Under the pieces are notes generated by a model that was given only the letters and a program-made list of their open reading frames with translations, ran no database searches and was not told the origin of the DNA. The position numbers were made by a program, and so were the translations under genes. 64,000 nt of DNA from Malacoraja senta (Eukaryota), in contig CM075988.1 of the NCBI GenBank assembly GCA_038087875.1, positions 26,910,001 to 26,974,000 on the forward strand, read 5' to 3'. Positions 56,150-64,000 of this stretch are shown here, piece by piece (position 1 is the stretch's first letter; each line of letters begins with the position of its first letter).

Positions 56150-57150
56150 TTGTATATCTTTATTGTCATTTCCTGAGTATTCAAGAGGAAACAAAAAAAT
56201 GTTCCTCAACGAGTGTCCATTTCAGTGTGCAGTAAAAAATAAATAGAAGTAAAAATACATATATCATGAACAAATTAACACTCTACTCTACTGAACATCA
56301 ACAGGCGTTCCGATCGGCAGCGGCACGACAGTGGCTCTGCTGCCGTGTGTCCAGGTTGGTGGTTGGTGCACGATACTTTGGCAGGGGGCAAAGTCCGTTT
56401 ATCAGTCTTATAACCTGCGGGAAGAAGCTGAGGAGCATCCTGCTGGTTTTGCACCTAATGCTCCGGTACCTCTTCCCAGATGGCAGGATGGAGAATATGT
56501 GATGGGATGGGTGGTAGGGGTCTTTGATGATGGAGATGGCTCTGCTGATACATCTCTTCCTGTATATGTCCAGCAGGAAAGGGAGTGGAGCACCAATAAT
56601 CCTGCTGGCGGTCTTCACAATCCTGTCTAGTTGGTGCCGTTCGTACGCCTTGCAGCTCCCGAACCAGGAAGTGATGCCGTAGGTTAATGTGCTCTCGATT
56701 GTCCCCCTATAAAAAGTTCGTAGGTGTGTAGTGGGGAGACCTGCTTTACGTAGTCTTCGGAGAGGGTGTAGTCGCTGCTGGGCGTGGACGTCAGGTCATC
56801 TGACAGGTGGAGTCCTAGGAACTTTACGCTGTTGACCCTTCCACATCAGCTCCATCGATGTGCAGAGGTGTATGGTGTTGTTTTCCCGCCCTCCTGAAGT
56901 CAACCACCATCTCCTTAGTCTTTCCCACGTTGAGAATGAGGTTGTGGGATTTGCACCATCCTGTGAGCAGCTCCACCTCCATCCTGTACGCCGACTCATC
57001 ATTGTCACTGATGAGACCCACCACTGTTGTGTCATCAGCGAACTTGTTGATGAAGTTGTTGTTGAGTCTAGCAGTACAGTCGTGTGTTAGCAGACTAAAC
57101 AGCAGGGGGCTTAGGACACAGCCTTGGGGCGAGCCAGTGCTCACGGCTAT
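56150..57150 (-). mobile_element. Rex1/Babar-type LINE, 5'-truncated RT and C-terminus
   Basis: STGSPQGCVLSPLLFSLLTHDC...KFADDTTVVGLI...LNVGKTKEMVVDFRR; IIKDPYHPSH.IFS.LPSGKRYRS..SFFPQ. Confidence 0.85.
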
Positions 57151-58597
57151 GGTCTGTTTTATCCAAAGATCCCAACACTTCCTCTGAATCTCGAAAAATA
57201 ATCCTCCTTAAGTAAATAAATGGATTTGTAAAATCTTACACCACATGGAAAATCCCTACTTACTTCTGAGATGCAACTTGCCATTGCTGTTCATTTTAAC
57301 CTCAGGTGTAAAACCCGCTCCAGTCTGAATGAAAAAGTAATCTCCGAAAGCCGAGATGATCCCTGAAGTTGAGGTCTAAACAAATGAATAATTCAGATGG
57401 CCCAGTGCGGTGCTTCCTAAGGAGTTAAAGCATCAACATTTCTGAGCACCATGAAGTCCCATTAATGGAATCCTCAAGGACAAGCAGCTGTCAGTTGGTT
57501 AACTTTAGATCTTGAATACATGGATTCTGGAGCAAGACCTAGTTTATAAATTGATCCAGATGAGATAACAGTTTATCCTGGCATGGTGCTGGAATTAATC
57601 TCCCCTTCAGGGAAGGCTGGCAGGACCAAGCTATGCTCTGTCTTTGGATCTGTGCAAGGCTCTCTTCAGGGCCTTAGAACTGAACGCACTGTCCTCTACC
57701 TGCGCACTGACTAACAGCTTGAACTATGGGGTGTTGGAGCAAGAGATGGAGTTTACTCTGAGTACAATTATTTATCATACATTTTATTTTTCTTCTGGGT
57801 GGGACTTGAACCTATGACAGTTGGACTGGCGGGTGTGAGTGTTATTCTAGAGTCACGGCTGACATCTACAGTCAGAATTACCTTCTCTCGTTCATTCTCT
57901 TCTCTTTTCTTGTGCTTTTCCTCTGCGTCCGTTTACATCGCTCTTCCCTTTGCATCTCTCCTCCCCCCGACATCTCTCCTTCCCCCGACATCTCTCCTTC
58001 CTCTCCTCCACTCCACCTCCCTACTTCTTCCCTTTTTCCTTTTTCTTGTTTCCTTTTATTCTTATTCCAGACCAATGACGGTGGTGTTGTGGGGATACAT
58101 GTCTCTGTCCGCAACAATGGTGCTGAAGAGAGGGACACAAGGCCAGTTGGATCTCCCGGCTGATGACCATTCTAACTCCCCATTCACATCCTGACCTTTC
58201 TGTCCAAAGTCTCCGAGTGGGAGCGGCCGGTGGATCCCGCGCTGGGGCCCGGGGTCGGCACCACAGAGGCGTGAAATGGGACCTCGGCGGCGGTCAAGCC
58301 TCGCGGGTTGACAATGGTCGATGGTCGATGAGAGCGTAGAGGGGAAGAACAATGGAGGAGTCGGCATGGGGGGACCGCCATGAGGGAGATGGGGGGGAGA
58401 AAGGCCGGACAAAGGACAATGGGGACCTGGCGTGGGGAACCACAGTGGGGGCGGGGGGGTGATAAAAGGGGGAGCCAGTATGCTTTGTAACTTTGTCAGT
58501 GCCGTAGGTGGCTGTTATTGCTATACATTGTGTATTCAGGCAAAGAATCTCACTGCCCAGCAACATGGTAATAAAGTACTCCTATTCCTATTCCATT

Positions 58598-60935
58598 GCC
58601 AGAGTGAGACCACACCAAACCAGAGGAACAGCACCTCATATTCCACTTGAGTAACCAACAACCTCACGGTATGAACATTGAATTCTCCAATTTTAGGTAA
58701 CTAATCTACAATTAGGTAACTAATCTTCTAATCTCTGACCCCGGCCCTCACCCCTGTCGGGTTTTCACCATCCCCCCCTGACCTCCCTCTTTCTGATGCA
58801 CAATGGTCAGTCCTCAGCAGAGGCCTCACTTTGAGCCCCTCTGCCCCCACCTCAACAGCCCAGGCCCACCATGGCGTTGAGCCCCTCTTCCCTCAACACA
58901 TAGTCTCCCATCTCCAACATTCCCCTTCCACATGGACTCCTTCTGCCGGCCTCTACTCTCTCTGGGCCTTCTTTTTTCCAACTGTCAGCTCAACATCAGC
59001 CACCTTGTCTTCTCCACTCCCCTCACATACTCCAATCTCACCCCCTCTGTACACAAAGCTCTCCGCACCCTCAGCACCAAGCCCAACATTGTCATTCGAC
59101 CTGCTGACAAGGGAGGTGCCGTGGTAGCCTAGTGGGGTTACCTCTACCATGCTGAGGCCAGGCGCCAGCTATCGGACACCTCCTCATATCTACTCCTTGA
59201 CCATGACCCCACAGGTGACCAGCAGACCATCAACTCCCAGATTGACTCTGATTTCATCACCTCTGGCATCTTCCCTCCACAGTCTCCAACCTCATCGTTC
59301 CCCAGCCCTGCACTGTCCACTTCCACCTACTTCCCAACAGCCACAACAGGACTTGTATAGCAAACCGATTGTTTCTGCTTTCTCCTGCCTCACACAACTC
59401 ATCTCCAGATACGTTGATCCTATCCCCCCCTTGTCCAGTCCCTTCCAAGACACTCACACTCCCTTCAACCTCACCTTTCTCATGGACGTCCAGTCCCTTT
59501 ACACCTCCACCCCCCACCAGGAACATCTCAAGGCCCTCCCGGTCTTCCTTGAACGAGTCCCAGTCAGCTTTCCTCCACCAACACTCTCATCCGACTGGGA
59601 GAAATATCCTCACCCCCAACAACTTCTGTTTTGACTCCTCTCACTATAACCATATAACCATATAACAATTACAGCACGGAAACAGGCCATCTCGACCCTT
59701 CTAGTCTGTGCAAACACGTATTCTCCCCTAGTCCCATATACCTACGCTCAGACCATAACCCTCCATTCCTTTCCCGTCCATATAACTATCCAATTTATTT
59801 TTAAATGATAAAAACGAACCTGCCTCCACCACTTCCACTGGAAGCTCATTCCACACAGCCACCACTCTCTGAGTAAAGAAGTTCCCCCTCATGTTACCCC
59901 TAAACTTCTGTCCCCTTAATTCTCAAGTCATGTCCCCTTGTTTGAATCTTCCCTACTCTCAATGGGAAAAGCTTATCCACGTCAACTCTGTCTAACCCTC
60001 TCATCATTTTAAAGACCTCTATCAAGTCCCCCCTTAACCTTCTGCGCTCCAAAGAATAAAGCCCTAACTTGTTCAACCTTTCTCTGTAACTTAGTTGTTG
60101 AAACCCAGGCAACATTCTAGTAAATCTCCTCTGTACTCTCTCTATCTTCAAGTTAAAGGTTTAGTCATGGACACTCGAATGGCCATAGCTGTGCCAAGCG
60201 TACACTGGCCTCATCCCCCAACTCATTCGCCGCTACATTGACAACAGCATTAGGGTTGCTTCCTGCACACATGCAGAACTCAATTTCATTAACTTTACCA
60301 CTAACTTCCATCCTGCCCTCAAATGCACCTGGACTCCAACAACTTTATCCTCTTTCTTGAACTCTCTGTCTCCATCACAGGAAACAAATTATCAACTGAT
60401 GTCTACTCCAGGCCTACGGACTGCCATAGTGATCTGGACTACACTTCTTCCCACCCTGCCTCTTGCTTGGATGCTATTCCCTGCTCTCAAGTCCTCTGTC
60501 CCTGCCGCATCAGAGGCTTTCCATTCTAGGACGTCCGAGATGTCCCCTTTATTTAAACAACGTGGTTTCCCGCCTGCTGTCATAGATGTATTCCTCCCGG
60601 TGTCTCCTCTGTATCCCGTAGTTCTGCTCGCTCCCCCACCCTTAGAGAACAAGGACATTCTCCTGGTCCTCACCTTTCACCCCACCAGTCTCCACATCCA
60701 ACACATCATTCGCCAACATTTCCATCACCTTCAACATGATCCAACCACATCTTCCCATCCCCGCTCCTTTCTGCCTTCTGCAGAGACCACTCCCTCCGCA
60801 ACACCTTGGTTCACTCATCCCTTCCCACTCAAACTACCACCTCCCTGGTACCTTCCCCTGCAACCACAGGAGATGCAACACATGTCCCTATACCTCCTCC
60901 CTCACCTCTATCCAAGGACCCCAGCAGTCCGTCTG
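58598..60935 (+). mobile_element. Degenerate Penelope-like element in partial-tandem layout (endonuclease end followed by an RT-containing copy)
   Basis: 58598-58700 encodes the GIY-YIG end (GMNIEFSNFR*); then NIVIRPADKGGAVV, LMDVQSLYT, NNFCFDSSHY|LQVKG, YIDN, STDVYSRPTDCHSDLDYTSSHP, LVLTFHP and GTFPCNHRRCNTC. Confidence 0.85.
59645..60145 (-). mobile_element. CR1 LINE 3' end nested in the Penelope RT
   Basis: IERVQRRFTRMLPG..SYRERLNKLGLYSLERRRLRGDLIEVFK; 8-bp tandem tail (ataaccat)n; interrupts the SSHY|LQVKG codons. Confidence 0.9.
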
Positions 60936-62642
60936 CTGGATGAAGCATGCATACTTGTTTTACATCATTATTCCATATTTTATTTATTATTTTTTTTTGA
61001 AAATATTTTTTATTGGAGATAAGTACACAACATATTAACATCATTACCAGCCTTACATTTTTAAATTGATAATATTGTCAATTATTATTACATTGTCTCC
61101 AATACCTTTTGCCTTTTTTTGTTTTTTTTAAACTAGATAGAACTAAAAAGATAGATGAAGTAAAGAAAGAAAAGAGAGAGAAGAAAAGAGAGAGAAAGAA
61201 AAAAAAAAAAAAAAAAAATGATAGTTAAAGAAGCATGGAAACATTTATTAAAATAAAAAACTTAGTTCGAGATATATTCGTACATTTCAGAGTATAACAT
61301 TTCATCCATTCTTTAGCCCGAGTGTTAGTCAGGTTCCTGTGCTGAACCATTCTGACCCTTTAAATAATCAATAAAGGGAGACCATGTTCCAACGAATAAT
61401 TCCTGTTTGTCCAACAGGGAAAATCTGATTCTTTCCACGTTTAAGGTCTCCGTCATTTCTATAATCCACATTTTGATTGTGGGGGTTATTTTATTTCAAG
61501 GTTAAATCACAGAAGGACAATGTGAACTTTATGTCCCTTATACAGTATTTACATGCAGAGCCACAGTGACAACTCTATGTGACTTGTTTGGAAACAATGC
61601 AAGGAAGAAAAGCATTTTAACAGGAGATAAATGTTTTCATGTTAAATCACGAGCTCCAAGATTAGACATGTAAATGAAAGAAGTCAACTATCACCCATGA
61701 TATTGTGATTATTTGTGATTTTGATGTTAATATGTTTGCAATCCTTAGCATGAAGTAGAAAACAATTAACAGTTATAATGCATGACTGGGATGTAGATCC
61801 ACCTTTTTATTAAAGGAACATGACTGCAAAACAATGATGATTATAATAAGAATGAGCAACAATTGTTCCAGTGTTGCTGTTGCAACTCAGGGCTCATTAC
61901 TGCTGGAGTCAGAGTGCTACACTAATAACTCATATGGTCAGGGTCTAGTGATTAACGTTTAATGAAATGTCAGTTGGCTGCTTATTATTCTGACTGTGAT
62001 TTCCAGACTTTATTCTGTAGCCAATAACTGTGGTATTCTTTACCCAGTAGATGGTACCAGACAGAAAGGTCAGCATTTCATTCATATCCAGTCTTTCAAA
62101 CAAATAACAGTGCTTGTAGCCTATAGAAATCACTTTTTATTACCATAATACTGTCACAAATGTCCAGGTATCAAATGTAATTTTTGAGTGAACCATGGAG
62201 ACATTGTCGAGATTTTTTAATAAATTTCATTTCAGGAAAAGAAAACAATGTCCTATTTGTTTGTGAAGATGTTGGGTAATGGTAGATACAAATCTCAGTG
62301 CAATGAATGAGAAACTACATGGAAAGGAAATATTGAGAAGATCAGGCAACCTCTGCAGAGAGAAGGATACGTACGTATAATTAGTGAGAGGAGCAAGATA
62401 TCTTTGTATGTAGCGTACACACTCATACTCACCTTCAATGACTCATCCAATGCTCAGTGTATGGAAGCGTGGAAGCCAATTAGTAGTGAAAACTATTCTC
62501 AACTTCAGAATCAATGCTTCAGAACTGTTACAACTAAACATATTATTTACCACAATTATGATAATTTTCCCTCTAAATAGGCCACAAAATCCATGTGTGT
62601 TTTGTTTGGGAAAGGCAAAGGGTTGAGAGCAGCAAGTGTCGG

Positions 62643-62690
62643 CCCTAACCCTAACCCTAACCCTAACCCTAACCCTAACCCTAACCCTAA
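62643..62690. repeat. Interstitial telomeric repeat (CCCTAA)8
   Basis: Eight perfect units. Confidence 0.97.
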
Positions 62691-63149
62691 TATTGCTGAC
62701 GGTGTCTGCTCCAGGCCACGACAACTCCCCTTGGGTAGCTTACACCCAACAGTGTCAACATTGCATTCTCCAATTTTAGGTAACCCCTAACAACCCCACC
62801 TCCCCTTTCTCCCCCCACCCCCCACCTTCCCCTCCCGTACCCCACTTGGACTTGCCCCTTTCCCCCCCCCCTCCTCTTAGATTCCTTCCTCTGGCTTCAC
62901 AGTTTGCAACTCTTCAGTCTGTCTGTCTGCTTTAATCTATGGCTTTTGATCCAACATCTGCCTATCCAACATGTCCCAAATATGTGTAGGATGTGCAGGA
63001 TAGTGTTAATGTGCGGGGATCGCTGGTCAGCACGGGCACGGTGGGTTGAAGGGCCTGTTTCTGTGCTGTATCTCTAAACTAAACTAAACTAAACACACAT
63101 AGATCTCTGACCTCTGCAACAGAATCTTAGCTGATACGCCCAATGCAAT

Positions 63150-63675
63150 GCCTAGGGAACTGGGAGGACAAGCGCACCAACATCAGCATTTTGGAGGAAG
63201 CCAACATGACCAGCATCACCACCACAATAATGTAGCACCAACTTCGATGGACTAGCCATGTCATCCGCATGTCCAACACACGTCTCCCTAAACAAATCCT
63301 GTACTCTCAATTGAAGGAAGGTTGGCGAGCCCCCGGCGGGACAAAGAAACGCTTCAAGGACAACATCAAGAACAGTCTGAAGAAATTCCACATCACATCA
63401 AGCAACTGGGAGCACATTGCACCGGACAGGCGCTCCCGTGCAGGAAGGAGCTGCACGTCACGAAACGGAACCACGCCGTGTCACAGAGACAAAGCGACAG
63501 CACCATAAGGAGAGAGAGACTACCAACCACCGCCAGTCTCCACTGCCCACGTTGCACCAAGGTGTGTGGATCGCAGATCGGCCTCTACAGACATCTGCAG
63601 ACCCACAAGTAGACGACGCTATGGAGTGGAGAGGACAGTCATACTCGTTTCGAGTGACCGCCGATGATGATGATT
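63150..63675 (+). mobile_element. RTE-clade LINE 3' end
   Basis: WEDKRTN..ILEEA...QLRW..HVIRMSNTRLPKQILYSQL..G.R..GG.KKRFKD; C-terminal CPRC..H...H finger; (gat)n tail. Confidence 0.85.
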
Positions 63676-63914
63676 ACAGCAGGGGTGCCATCTTCTGGAT
63701 GAGATGGTAATACAGCATCTTATCTCACTGCAGGTGGATATCCGGCAGATAAACCCAGTCCAGAGTCCGGCCAGTATAGCTGCCTTACATGTGTTGCCAG
63801 GATGTAATGGGATCTTGCGGTGTCCACTTGGCAATTGCTGCATCACAACTGTGAATTGCCTCAACAAAGTTAATCCTTCCTTCCTTCCTTGGGTTTTTCC
63901 TTTCCTGTTGATTG

Positions 63915-64000
63915 AACATCGAACAAACCCTGTTCTAGGCATGCCCTGGCCCTATCCCCGAACTCTACCTCTGCTACATTGATGACTGCATTGGTGCTAC
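63915..64000 (+). mobile_element. Penelope-like RT fragment running off the window
   Basis: Reads EQTLF*ACPGPIPELYLCYIDDCIGA (YIDD motif); similar to 60200-60262. Confidence 0.65.

Noticed and set aside
62643..62690. Possible chromosome end
   Set aside because: Only 48 bp, with ordinary sequence on both sides.
21000..64000. Numerous 60-130 aa ORFs in the supplied track
   Set aside because: They map to SINE, LINE or pLTR sequence or have chance-level length, with no coherent exon chain.

Overview
Eukaryotic, intron-rich vertebrate DNA. The repeat content (HE1-type V-SINEs with CR1/HER1-type tails, abundant Penelope-derived short elements) points to a cartilaginous fish, probably a skate or ray; this is inference. 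Two genes can be read by eye. (1) The large last coding exon of ANKK1 (+, 59-1353, ankyrin repeats). (2) A convergent TMPRSS5/spinesin-type type II transmembrane serine protease (-), for which I reconstructed 12 phase-compatible GT-AG coding exons from ATG 20830-20832 down to 4488 (1764 nt, 588 codons); its last few codons are uncertain. From about 21 kb to 64 kb I found no recognisable host exons, only transposons (Penelope-like, CR1, Rex1/Babar, RTE, L1/Tx1, a full-length Passport-like Tc1), three large tandem arrays and a short interstitial telomere tract. Main points of interest: Met instead of Arg at the protease activation site despite a trypsin-type S1 pocket; no DRD2 between ANKK1 and TMPRSS5; a greatly enlarged cytoplasmic tail; a family of ~95-105 bp TSD-flanked Penelope pLTR insertions carrying a minimal hammerhead-ribozyme-like motif; a double-THAP foldback DNA transposon; and a satellite that appears to have expanded from within a CR1 LINE. 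All homology statements rest on recalled sequences, not database searches.
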